From Tetramitus jugosus (lineage: Eukaryota > Protista > Heterolobosea), in NCBI GenBank assembly GCA_937625935.1, contig OW569375.1, forward strand, positions 310,001 through 374,000: DNA of 64,000 nt, read 5' to 3'. A model generated the notes under the pieces. That model worked only from the letters and a program-made list of their open reading frames with translations. It ran no database searches and was not told the DNA's origin. Shown piece by piece: positions 11,097-22,000 of this stretch. The stretch's first letter is position 1, and each line of letters opens with the position of its first letter. Made by a program: the position numbers and the translations under genes.

Positions 11097-13517
11097 TTAC
11101 AGTTCTCCGTCTTCAGATACCATTGCGCAAGTAAACTTGCGAATCAGACTCTCGACTTGCTCGTGGATCTCAGATGCACTGCTGAGATCCTTGAATTGCC
11201 GTTCTTCTGTTGCATTTGAACAGACAAAAGAAAATCGAGGATACAGTGAATGATCGACAAAGGGACCACGAATCCGAACAACCCTACCTGGTCTTAATTT
11301 CATGTTATTCTTCGTTGCTGTCGTAAAGACGATATCCACGTATTCACCATAGGATCTTTCGCTCGATAAGACAAGGCAAGTTGCAAAATACAAGCTGAAT
11401 TCCTCTCTATCCTTGATGATGCGGACCACCACGGAATTCAAAGCAGGCAAAATCTGCGATGGTGTTTGCGTTGGCATGACGGATGATCTTCGAGCTTCAC
11501 TCGCTTGAATATCATGAGTAACAATTGTGTTACGAGCATCAACCACTGCCTGCTTCAACCGACCACAATAACCAAACTTTGATTTGATCTTTTTGATGAC
11601 ATCCATGTCATTCTCTTGTCCCTGTGTCGACAGTGGAATTGTATTGGCGGATGCAACACGCAACGAGGTTAGCCAGGATGCAACAGGTTGTGTTGAAATA
11701 AACTGCGTAGGTTTCGTCGGTTTCGTAAACTTATTGGATTGTTGTGTAGCTGGTTGAGATGGTGGAACAATGACATCCTGGACAACATCCTGAATCTCAT
11801 CCTCTACAACATTAGTGTTGGTTTCATCGTCTGATATATCTTCAATTTCATCATCCAGAACTCTCTTTCCATGAACAATGTGCTTGTATCGATCATTTCG
11901 TGCTGAAATCAGCGAAGGAACATGTGCATAGGCGTCTGGTGCTGATAACAATCGCTTCTTATTCGTTGTTGTTGTTGCTCTACTCCTGTGAAACACATCA
12001 GCCAACTCTCCAATGTCCTCCGAGTCAGATAGTATCTCAACAACATTACTACTCAACGCGACACTTGTGTTGTTTCTAATGTCTTTTCTTACTGAATGGT
12101 TGAGCGGTGTAGATCTCATATCGTGCAATGGCTCTCCCTCTTCGTCAGAGAAGGAACCAATATCGTCCTCAATGTCTTGATCTTCAAACGTGCGCCGTCG
12201 ATTCAATATTGCTGCGTGTCGCTTGTCTTGATCTAACACTCTCCTAGGACCCTTGTGATTGCCACGATCCGATGCCATCTTAGAACCACCAAAGAAGTGA
12301 TCAAAGTCTTCTTCGTCATCATCATGATCCATCAACTCTTCTTCACTATCCAGTATCAGCGAAGACGTTTTCTCACCACTACTACTACTACCGCTACTGC
12401 TTCTACTCCTCTGTTTGGACTCTCGTTTCTTTTGTTCTCTAGTGATTGATTGTCCTTTCTTTGCCGTTGTTTTCGTTTCATCACTCACACGAGTCGTAGT
12501 AGATGGAGCAACGACACGCGACGCTGAAGAAAACACTCGAGAAATATTCTGAGAGACAATCACTGGCGACGATTCATCGTCCATCAATTGAATCACATCC
12601 ACCATTCTCGTTGATTCACTCACACTACCACTATTACTACTACTTGCCGTTTTTTGTCTTGTTCGCTCTGTTTGTACATTCACTGTAATGGATTCTTCCT
12701 CTTCGTCAATTTCTACTTCTTCTAACTCTTCAACAACATCAGCAGAGAACCAATTGAAATCACTGCTCACGTGACCTAGTTTATCATGAGACAAGAGACG
12801 TGAAACTGGTGTTGCACTAATGAGATTCATTGAATGTTGAATTTCTCTGCTACTACTATTACTATTCTTTTTTGGGAGAGTCATTGTCAATGCTTGACTC
12901 TCATCATCGTCATCATCATCAATATCATTCTCGTCTACATTATTACTCATCACTATTCGATCACTACTCCTAGTACTACTACTACTACTACTCTTGTTAT
13001 TATTGTTTTCATAGAGTGAAAATGGTCTCAAGTGAGCCAATGATTTTGTGCTTGAGCTGACTTGAATCGATGATGATCCTTGTTGTTGATGTTGTTGACC
13101 CAAGTGATGATCCAAATCATACAAAATTTCAAATTCATCATCTTCGTCATCTTCATCTCTCATGAGATTCCCATTTTCATTATTATGATTGCTATTATTG
13201 TTGTTGTTGTGATAATGATTGTGTTGTTGTGTATGTTGTTGTTGTTGTGGTTGTTGAGAGTGAGATAGGATGGAATGAGAGGTGAGGACAGAATGTTTTC
13301 GACGGTTGAAAACAGAAGCAATGGGAGCTCCTGCGACAGTTGTGTTGGCGAACGTTGTAGCTCTGGACAGAATTTGACGTTGGAGTTGACTATTGTTGTT
13401 GTTGTTATTGTTGGATGTGGGAGTGGGAGTTGTAATGGTAACTACATGATTATTGTTGGTGGTGGTAGTGGTGGGAAGTTGTAAATGTTGTTGATTGTTA
13501 GCTCTCTTGCGCCACAT
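11097..13517 (-). CDS. Low-complexity protein with C-terminal SPIDR-like OB-fold region
   Basis: GYCGRLKQAV...VVVRIIKDREEFSLYFATC...DIVFTTATKNNMKLRPGRVVRIRGPF resembles the conserved SPIDR (DUF4502) block. Confidence 0.55.
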   Translation of the reverse strand: MWRKRANNQQHLQLPTTTTTNNNHVVTITTPTPTSNNNNNNNSQLQRQILSRATTFANTTVAGAPIASVFNRRKHSVLTSHSILSHSQQPQQQQHTQQHNHYHNNNNNSNHNNENGNLMRDEDDEDDEFEILYDLDHHLGQQHQQQGSSSIQVSSSTKSLAHLRPFSLYENNNNKSSSSSSTRSSDRIVMSNNVDENDIDDDDDDESQALTMTLPKKNSNSSSREIQHSMNLISATPVSRLLSHDKLGHVSSDFNWFSADVVEELEEVEIDEEEESITVNVQTERTRQKTASSSNSGSVSESTRMVDVIQLMDDESSPVIVSQNISRVFSSASRVVAPSTTTRVSDETKTTAKKGQSITREQKKRESKQRSRSSSGSSSSGEKTSSLILDSEEELMDHDDDEEDFDHFFGGSKMASDRGNHKGPRRVLDQDKRHAAILNRRRTFEDQDIEDDIGSFSDEEGEPLHDMRSTPLNHSVRKDIRNNTSVALSSNVVEILSDSEDIGELADVFHRSRATTTTNKKRLLSAPDAYAHVPSLISARNDRYKHIVHGKRVLDDEIEDISDDETNTNVVEDEIQDVVQDVIVPPSQPATQQSNKFTKPTKPTQFISTQPVASWLTSLRVASANTIPLSTQGQENDMDVIKKIKSKFGYCGRLKQAVVDARNTIVTHDIQASEARRSSVMPTQTPSQILPALNSVVVRIIKDREEFSLYFATCLVLSSERSYGEYVDIVFTTATKNNMKLRPGRVVRIRGPFVDHSLYPRFSFVCSNATEERQFKDLSSASEIHEQVESLIRKFTCAMVSEDGEL

Positions 13518-13995
13518 TTTTTGGTGTGAGAAGTTGGATTGATTTTAGGATTATAGGATGGACTATTGGCTTTTTTTTTCGAGGTCAGAATTTTGTTCGA
13601 TCGTTCGCTGGAACTGTTCACTTGATCGATTTCCAGAGTTTGGAGGAAGTTCTCCAGCTGGAGAATCCCCGCGGAAAATCTACGAATAAACGGTGTAGGT
13701 CAGATTGGTATTTCATTTGGGCTGTAGTTGAGATATTTCGGATAATACCCCCTCTCCGGAAATTTTTTTATCCGTCGAACGAGAATGGTATATGTGAATA
13801 GAGATTCGGAAATATGCCATGTCATGAACCGATACTTTGTCAGTGGCCGTTGGACCAGCTGTTCGGATCATGTACGGATTAGGACAACCAATAAATTAAA
13901 TTTTAATGTAATAAAAGAGTATCTTCTCCTGTCTGGTCGAGTGGGAGATTTTCTTTGGTGGTTGGGGTTCTTGAGACAGAATCCTATGGTGCTGT

Positions 13996-15561
13996 TTACA
14001 ACATGGCATGACCAGTGTTGCTGTTCAGTGTACTCGCATTGTGTTCTGGTTTGGTTGACATGAAAGCTCGAAGTAAGCAATGGATCGTGTGGGAGTCAAG
14101 TTGCTTCTCTGGTCGATCAGCAGGTGAACAAATGAACGAGACACTTCTCTTTCGTGCCAAGTGTCTGTTCTCTGGATAGGGCCATCGACCCATGTTCATC
14201 CCATAAAACCTTCTCTTGAGAGTGCTCACTGATATTCCTAGTAACTTGGCAGCTTTGGACTGCGAAAAATTAAAGTACTTTTTGATCTCATCAGGAGTCA
14301 CGTCCTTTTTTCTCTTGTTCTTTGTAATCTTTGCTCCATTGTTGCTCTCCTTATTGGCACTTCTACTAGACGCTGCTGAAGAACGGTTGTTCTTCTTGTT
14401 TGCTTGATGATGGTGAGTTGTTGAACGACCACTATTGTTTTTGTTATTGCTAACACTACCACTGATCTTTCCATTCTTGCGGTTGCTACTACTGCTATTA
14501 TTGTAGCTTCTCTTGCCAGTATTGTTGTTGTTGTTGTTGTTGTTCTTGAGAGACGAAGAAGCCTTGGTATGGAGTTGCTTTCGTCGTTTAGGAGAAGCAC
14601 CTTCTTCACTGCAATCAGAATCAGAGTCCTCTGTTTCTTCTGCACCATCGTCTTCTTCCTCCTCCTCGTCAAACATCATCTCATCCTCTTCTCTGTCATC
14701 GTCATCTTCTTCACTGCTCGTGTGACTTCTCGTAGATGACAGAGTATCACTGGAGTGACTTCTAGAGAGATTGAGAGGAGCTAACGAGCGCACAAACTCT
14801 TCATTGTGATGATGAGGTTGATGCTGATGATGCTGGTGGTGGTGGTAGTGAGGAACATGATGGTGATGAGGATGATGAGGATAGTGAGGATGGTGGTGAG
14901 ACAAGGTCGATGATGATCGACCCTGATAATAACTAGGATGGCGATGGTTGTTGGTCACCACAGCAGAAGAAGTGGATGGAGGAGTAGATGGAGTGTGGTA
15001 GGGAGAGTGATCAGGATGATGATGTTGATGATGATGAAGAGGGTGTTGGTATCCTTGAGGAGATCTTGTTGTTGTTGTCAAAGTGGAGCTAGAGCTAGGG
15101 CTATTGTGTTGGTGTTGAGGTTGAGGTTGATGACGACTGGTGTGGTGGTGGTAGTTGTGGTGATGATGATGATGGCCTAGTTGTTGTTGCTGTTCTAATG
15201 AACGTGGGAGAGGATAATTGTTGTTGCTCGCGTCTTGAGATGAGCGTGGTGGTGAACGGACATGAACAGGAGGGAGACGCAAAGGAGTGGTGCTACTGGT
15301 GGTCGTAGTCGTCATAGTGGTGGAAGAAACCGCTTCTGTAGTCGTAGTTGTGGTATCTTGTTGTAGTTGTTGTTGAGCTACAGTAGTAGTAGTAGTAGTT
15401 GGAGAGCCACTACTATTGAGGAGCGGTGGTGATGCTCTCTTGAAGTGACTGTTGCTGGTCGTTGACGTTTCCATTGAGCTATTGATTGGAGTGGGAGAAT
15501 GCTCGTGAACTTGTAGTGGTGAAGCTTGTTTGACTTGTTGTTGTTGGAGGAAACCTAACAT
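13996..15561 (-). CDS. RWP-RK domain transcription factor
   Basis: VTPDEIKKYFNFSQSKAAKLLGISVSTLKRRFYGMNMGRWPY after His/Thr/Gln/acidic low-complexity sequence. Confidence 0.9.
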   Translation of the reverse strand: MLGFLQQQQVKQASPLQVHEHSPTPINSSMETSTTSNSHFKRASPPLLNSSGSPTTTTTTVAQQQLQQDTTTTTTEAVSSTTMTTTTTSSTTPLRLPPVHVRSPPRSSQDASNNNYPLPRSLEQQQQLGHHHHHHNYHHHTSRHQPQPQHQHNSPSSSSTLTTTTRSPQGYQHPLHHHQHHHPDHSPYHTPSTPPSTSSAVVTNNHRHPSYYQGRSSSTLSHHHPHYPHHPHHHHVPHYHHHQHHQHQPHHHNEEFVRSLAPLNLSRSHSSDTLSSTRSHTSSEEDDDDREEDEMMFDEEEEEDDGAEETEDSDSDCSEEGASPKRRKQLHTKASSSLKNNNNNNNNTGKRSYNNSSSSNRKNGKISGSVSNNKNNSGRSTTHHHQANKKNNRSSAASSRSANKESNNGAKITKNKRKKDVTPDEIKKYFNFSQSKAAKLLGISVSTLKRRFYGMNMGRWPYPENRHLARKRSVSFICSPADRPEKQLDSHTIHCLLRAFMSTKPEHNASTLNSNTGHAML

Positions 15562-16062
15562 CAATGTTCTTTCTTGTTGTGTGTGCTTGTGTGCTTAGAT
15601 GGCTTGAGAGAGATAAGGGTATAATCGTTGGTCCAACAGTAGTCGTCGATTGAGTGTTTGGTATTGGGCGAGAGAGCTTGTTTGTGTGTTTATTAATGTG
15701 TGGTCTTCTTGTCTAATCAACTCTTCAAGATTCCTAGGTCCAAGTACAAGTGCGACATGAGCGTGGGGGTTACTCCATGAACTACCTCATAGTTGCGGCT
15801 ACCAATCTAAAGGGGATGCGTGTGTGATTGCCCTTTTGCATCAGTGTTATTTTTACGAAACACCCTAGAGAACACCACAAAAGTCGCATGTCATACCAAT
15901 CCTCTCTTTGAAGCGATGAGCCACGTCGAGGATTTCACGTTTGCCTTATCCTTATTTTTTCCGAGATGCATGATGGTGTCCCCCTTTCCTGCTTTGTAGG
16001 TCATCGCGTTCCGAACCAGCAAACGAAAATTGCAAAAGAAATTTCCAGCCCGAAAAAAGGAA

Positions 16063-16965
16063 TTAACACTGCGCGTAGTCTATAAAAGAGATAGCAATAT
16101 CGCCCGCCGACCGCAATTCGTACACCAATTTCGTTTGACTGTGGTCCCGTCGCCCAGCAAATTTGGTATAAACAGCACGATACATGGGGACAAGGTTGTT
16201 GATGTGTGAAGGTTCATCAAGTTCTTGTATCTGAATCATTGTTTCACACCACCGTTCGTAGAATAGATGGGATTGAATCTTGTCAGATATCACAAATGAT
16301 GGAATTGTCTCCTCGCCAGTCGAGTTTGCTTTGTTTTGGGAAAGTGCGTCGATGAGGAATTGAGCCACGTTCTGTAGAAGGGCCAACAGTTTCATGTGAC
16401 CTGCATCAAACATCTTCACATCCGATCCTTCGAGCTCTACGGCTGGTGCGTAATTGTCGATTGAGGAGTCAACCGTTGACGATAAGATGAGATTGGACAT
16501 GTTATGGACAATCAAGAATCGTGGAAGCTTCTCCAACGGTAACAAGTGCAAATTGGCCAAGTATTGAGTCAACATGAACATGTTGTCCACATATTTCATG
16601 TGAATCGCGCTAAGAATTCTCCGGTTCAATTCCTCATTGGTCTCATCGTCATTTTCGCTATTGACCTGATAGAGATGGGAGGGCGCAGGAATGGATCTTG
16701 AACAAATGATTACAACATTGTAAAAAGGATCTTGTTCAATGTTTTGCTTCACGAGATTATAGGCCAATTGAAACAACAATGTTATCTTTCCACATGTGTC
16801 TGGTCCAATGAGAACACAACCATCGAGAGCACCATGATGAGGCGTACCAGGATCAAATCCCTTATTCCTTGTTTCGAAAAAAAGCTTTGATTGATTCCAG
16901 CGATGTTCAAGACTTGTCTTGTTCTTTGAGTGGAAGGATCGCTCGTCGAAGAATGAATGGAGCAT
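16063..16965 (-). CDS. SWSAP1-like RecA-fold ATPase (Rad51 paralog class)
   Basis: LIGPDTCGKITLLFQLAY (Walker A-like), LSAIHMKYV...LTQYLANLHL, PRFLIVHN (degenerate Walker B). Confidence 0.65.
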   Translation of the reverse strand: MLHSFFDERSFHSKNKTSLEHRWNQSKLFFETRNKGFDPGTPHHGALDGCVLIGPDTCGKITLLFQLAYNLVKQNIEQDPFYNVVIICSRSIPAPSHLYQVNSENDDETNEELNRRILSAIHMKYVDNMFMLTQYLANLHLLPLEKLPRFLIVHNMSNLILSSTVDSSIDNYAPAVELEGSDVKMFDAGHMKLLALLQNVAQFLIDALSQNKANSTGEETIPSFVISDKIQSHLFYERWCETMIQIQELDEPSHINNLVPMYRAVYTKFAGRRDHSQTKLVYELRSAGDIAISFIDYAQC

Positions 16966-17157
16966 TGAGTAGTTGTGGTCTTCAAGTGATATTTTAGCTG
17001 TTGTTGATTGCTACTGTCAGATGGAGCTTCAGTGTTTATCTCTATTTCTGTGATTCCACCGTTTTCTGGAATTTCGAAAGCCAAATTCAACGAAACAGGT
17101 GATTCTTCAACATCACATTTTCACAGCTCACAACAAAAAAAAAAACAACAAGATCAA

Positions 17158-18753
17158 ATGAAGACGAGCAGCACACAAGTCAATCAACTATTGGATCAAG
17201 AAAATTATTTGGACGCCATTTTTGAGCTATCCAAACTTATTGTTGACCCTAAAGCTACATTTAATCAAGTTTCAGAGTACTTTTCAGTGATTCAATCCAT
17301 TATTCGATCCAAATTGAACGTTTCCGATGATTCCAAAAAGATTGTAAAGCATTTTCAAAAGATTAATACGCACGAGTACTTTTCTGCGATTGAAATTTGT
17401 GTTTTGAGTGTCATGTTGGATCCCAGTTTTCCACACGAGTCCGTTGCTGAGATTGAAGAGTCTGTTGTGAAGAGAATTGAGTCATTTATGGAAAAAAATT
17501 CATCGAATGATACGGTATATGCTCTTGGTTATCTCTTGCTATCGAATGCGTTCTTGTCACTGGATGATGTGGCACAAGAAGATGATGAAGACAGTGACAA
17601 TGATGAAGAAAAGGATGATGATGATGATGAGGAAATGGGTGCAAAGAGACAAAAGCTTGAAAAGAAGTCAGAGGAAGAAAAGAGTGATAATGAAGATGAT
17701 GAAGAGGAAGAGGAACAAGAGGAAACAGTCGATGAGGAATATAACATGAGTGGTGCCGAAACTGGAGATGAAAAAACAGAAACGACCTATGCTGATGAAG
17801 TCACACTGTCTCACTATCAAGAGCAAGCAGATCGCACATTGGACACTGGTATTTCCAAGTATCCAGACTTTTCACTCTTTTATAGAAACAAGGCGTCTCT
17901 GTACAACATTACCGATTTTAACAATGACGTTGCATTGGAGAATATTTTGAAGGCAAAGGAGATTTGTGAGGAACCATCAGTGTATTACACTGAAGGCATG
18001 ATTCGACAAGATTTGAATATGCACAAGGAAGCAATTGAGTTGTTCAACAAGTGTTTGGAACAAGAGCCAAATGATCCTTATACATTCTACAACATTGCTC
18101 AATCGTATGAAAGATTGTCAGAGGTTGATCAAGCCATGTCCTATTATGAAAAAGCAATTCAGTTCAAGTCAGATCTCGCCAGTGCATATGCTGGACGGGC
18201 TCGTCAACACTTGGCCAAGAACAATGTCGATCTTGCACTCGCAGACTACAAGAAGGCATTAAAGTTGGACGAGGAGAATGCAGAAATTCTCTTTGAGAGA
18301 GCAATCATGTATCGTGATGTTGTGAAGGATCAAAAGTTGGCATTGGCTGATTTTGAGGCTGCTCAGGAGATGGATCCTGACAATGAAGCCATGCAATTGG
18401 GACTGATCTCTCAGGAGAAGCTCATGATGTGCAACAAGGAGGTTGAAGAGAGTGAAGAGAATGATTGGCACGCATACTTTGCTCGAGGTCAACTCTACCT
18501 AGAACTGATGAGCAAGCCAGCATTAGCAATGGAGGACTTTAACAGAGCTGTTGGTATGCCATCCGGAGACAAGCAAGCAATCATCTTCCTGAACATGGGA
18601 TATGCATCAATCGAATTAGGCGAATTTGAAGCTGCCAAGCAAAACTTTCAAAAAGCAATTGCAACTGACACGACAGAAGGTCAAGTGTACGCAACGAAAG
18701 GAAAGAATGCCTTGGAGGAAATGCAAGCTGTCTTGGACGAACAGTCAGCTTAG
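17158..18753 (+). CDS. TPR repeat protein with acidic tract
   Basis: Multiple TPRs (e.g. YTFYNIAQSYERLSEVDQAMSYYEKAIQFKS; AYAGRARQHLAKNNVDLALADYKKALKLD). Confidence 0.9.
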   Translation: MKTSSTQVNQLLDQENYLDAIFELSKLIVDPKATFNQVSEYFSVIQSIIRSKLNVSDDSKKIVKHFQKINTHEYFSAIEICVLSVMLDPSFPHESVAEIEESVVKRIESFMEKNSSNDTVYALGYLLLSNAFLSLDDVAQEDDEDSDNDEEKDDDDDEEMGAKRQKLEKKSEEEKSDNEDDEEEEEQEETVDEEYNMSGAETGDEKTETTYADEVTLSHYQEQADRTLDTGISKYPDFSLFYRNKASLYNITDFNNDVALENILKAKEICEEPSVYYTEGMIRQDLNMHKEAIELFNKCLEQEPNDPYTFYNIAQSYERLSEVDQAMSYYEKAIQFKSDLASAYAGRARQHLAKNNVDLALADYKKALKLDEENAEILFERAIMYRDVVKDQKLALADFEAAQEMDPDNEAMQLGLISQEKLMMCNKEVEESEENDWHAYFARGQLYLELMSKPALAMEDFNRAVGMPSGDKQAIIFLNMGYASIELGEFEAAKQNFQKAIATDTTEGQVYATKGKNALEEMQAVLDEQSA

Positions 18754-19020
18754 TTTGGCCAATGCTAAGCGTTTTTTCTCGAAACATTCCCATAACACCA
18801 ATAAAACTGTTTGCCAGAATGAAAAGCTTTGACAAGATTTTCAACTCGGGATATCCTGTCAACGGAACACTCACCCATGTTCCGAACAAAATGCAGTTCC
18901 CTCTCAAACATAAAAAAAACGACAGGAACTTGCGAGCAGCAACACAAACAAACAAGTGCCAAGTTGTGAGTGTTGCATTTATTGACAGAAGGGATAGTAT
19001 AGATCGACTGACTATTTGAG

Positions 19021-22000
19021 ATGAGTGACCAACCATTCAAGATTAAAGCTTGGCCATTTGTCGATCATGTTTCCACTGCGACACGCAGTCAAACATCGTT
19101 TCTATGGCCATTCATCTATCACAGTCGTGAAGCAGATGGAACGGTGACGTTTAAGATCAATCCGTTGCTATTATCGATTCATAAGAAGCCAGGGCATCAC
19201 ATGACACTCAGTTTCCTGTTCTATAGCTTTTATCTCAATATCGTTTATGGTCAGTTTACAACCTTCTTTTTGTTGCCGTTGGCCATGTTTATAAAGGTGA
19301 GACATGACAGGTATTGGAGAAGAATTGTGTTGCTCGGTGGTGCTCTGTTTTATGGCATGTTTACAGGACAGTATCAGAAGATGATTATTTTGCCATTGTT
19401 GCACTTTTCGAAAAAGGATCATAAGGGCAGTGTGCATGAGAAGCAGATGCAAGTGGTGTTTCCTTTGTTTTGGCGGTATAAATCCCCAACAAATAGTCTA
19501 CTGCTTATATTGCCTGTATTTTGGATGTTTTCGAATGCAAAGTTCTCCATATTGCACGTCTGGCCATTTTTTGGCAGGCAAGACAGGAAAGATCATTACA
19601 AGTACAGAGATTATTCATTCCTGTATCCATTATTTAGAGTGAGAACAGGTGAGAAAGACAGTGAGTTGACGATTCATCTGTTTTGGCCGATTGTCAAGTA
19701 TTCGAGCAAGGCTAACAAGAAGTCGTTCCGTATTTTCCCATTGGTTTGGATTAGACAAGGAGAAACCGAGGGCAGAGGTAATATTTTATTTATTTATTGG
19801 AGTTGGAGGAAGAATCAAGTGTTCCGATTCGGATTGTTTGGTCTGTTCCACGTGAGTAGGGATATGAGTGGTAAAGGAGATCATGTAGTTATCGTACTGT
19901 TTCTCTTGATATGGATTGATGATGGAAAGGAACATGTACGATGTTTCACCTGGTTGCATTGTTCGTATTATGGAGAAGATTGGCATCGTACTTGGATCTT
20001 CCCTCTCTATTTTTACGATGGACATTCATTGGACAAATTGTTAGTTGTTCCATTTGCTTTGTTATATTACAAGTATGAAAGTGCCGAGAAGAACATGACG
20101 CTTGTTCAGATACCGTTCGTGATTTATAAATCAAAGGATTGCCCTCATGAGAAGCATCTTTATATGTGGGCATCTGGATATATATTGCTCAGAGAGGATC
20201 TTCATCCAACCTATGAAAGAGTCGATATCATTCTACCTATGTTGACATTTATTCGATCGTATCGATACAATAATAATGAGACGAAGGATGTCTGGGTCAG
20301 TCCATTATTTAGAGTGCTGAAGAGTGTTGATGGTCAAGTACATCGTAACATGACCTTTTTACTCCCCATTTTCTTTGTTAATCACCACAAGGCGAATAAT
20401 ACTGGTTGGAGCGATATTTGGGTTACACCCCTATTCAGAAGTTTGTATGACAGTAGTTCTACCAGTGTGAAACGAATCATCTTTGCGCTGCCTTTATTTT
20501 TTGTGACCCGCGAGACAAGACCCAACTTTACGGATTTGAAGGTCTTAACCATCGCAATATTTGTTTGGAAGAAACAGACTTCACTCTTGGCCTGTTCACC
20601 AGTCTTTGGAATTTATCGCAATGAGGATGGTCCAGCCTTTTGGTTACTCCCCTTTGTGTTCGTCAGAAAACAAGGAAAGGAAGATTGGGATGTAGTGATT
20701 CCTATTGTCCTGTTTTGTTATTTCAATAGAGATGATTGGAGACTCTTGGTGTTGCCATTTGCAACTGGTGTTTCATTCACAAAGCGACATTATGTACAAG
20801 CGAAAAGAACGGAATCAAAGACCTATTTAGTAGTTTTGTATGGCTTGTTCGTTAAGGTGTGGTCTCCGAGAAAAATGACTATTTGGGTATTCTTATGTTT
20901 GTATCACGTTGTAACCACTCAGGACCTTGTACAAGTGGATAAGTTTACCATCTTTTGTCCATTCCTATTACCACCGTATTACATAAGAATGGGTGATGCC
21001 AAAGAGGCCAGTACTGTCATGTTACTGCCATTTTTTGTGAAGATCAAGGCTGATCATTCCCTCTATATTTTGCCTCCGTTGATTCATTTACGACTACAGA
21101 ATGTCAAGGAGCATATAGTGACAGTCTTCCCATTTTTCAGATATAGCTCGGAGCATGAAACTGGAGCCAGAGAAATTCGCATACTCTTCTTCTTCGAATT
21201 GGCATTAATCAAATATGCAAAGGAGGTGTTCAAGGGAGATCAAAACATTCACTTTGAAAGAATAGCATTCCACATATATCCACTCGTATTTTGGCATAAG
21301 CAGTATTTGCTGTTGCACAAACAACCAAAGGAGAATATCCCTGTATTTAACAGAAGTGAATGTGATCCTGTGGACCCACGAACGACATTTACTCTATTGG
21401 GATTTGCGGCTGGGTATGGATTGTTCAGTGCAACGATTGACAAACAGTATCACGCTATTCAAGTGTATCTATTTCTATTGTTCCATATTGAATCAGAAAT
21501 GGGTTCATTATTGGCGCATGTGGAGCCACACAATAGAGTTAGATTATGGGCAAAAGCGGAATCAACGAGTGACACCTTTTCATTTGCTCTCTTTTGGTTG
21601 ATTCATCCTAGATTTAGTTTGTTGTCGTACGACAGTAGTTCGAATGACATGTTGGCCAGAAGAGATGTCACCACATTCTACATTGCCTTGTTGTTCTATA
21701 TCAGTGCAGAGAACCAATTAACTGATACATCATACAGCAACACCAAAACTATATCCTTATTGTGGATTATCCCTAGTACTCCACTGATTTATAGATACAG
21801 TTACTATGCCGATGGGTCCGCCTATCAATCACTAACCTATGTGTTCTTGCTGGTGTTTGTCCAGTTTTATGATGTGATTGAGGCGAAACAAATGATGAAG
21901 TCCATGGATGTTGCACTATTTTGGTTCATTCATAAGAATGCCTCTCTGTTTTACTACTCAGTTGAAAAGATCTTTCTATCCAAGTCGAATGGTGAGAAAG

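Noticed and set aside
12255-15180. Short antisense ORFs over trinucleotide tracts
   Set aside because: Shadows of low-complexity coding sequence on the other strand
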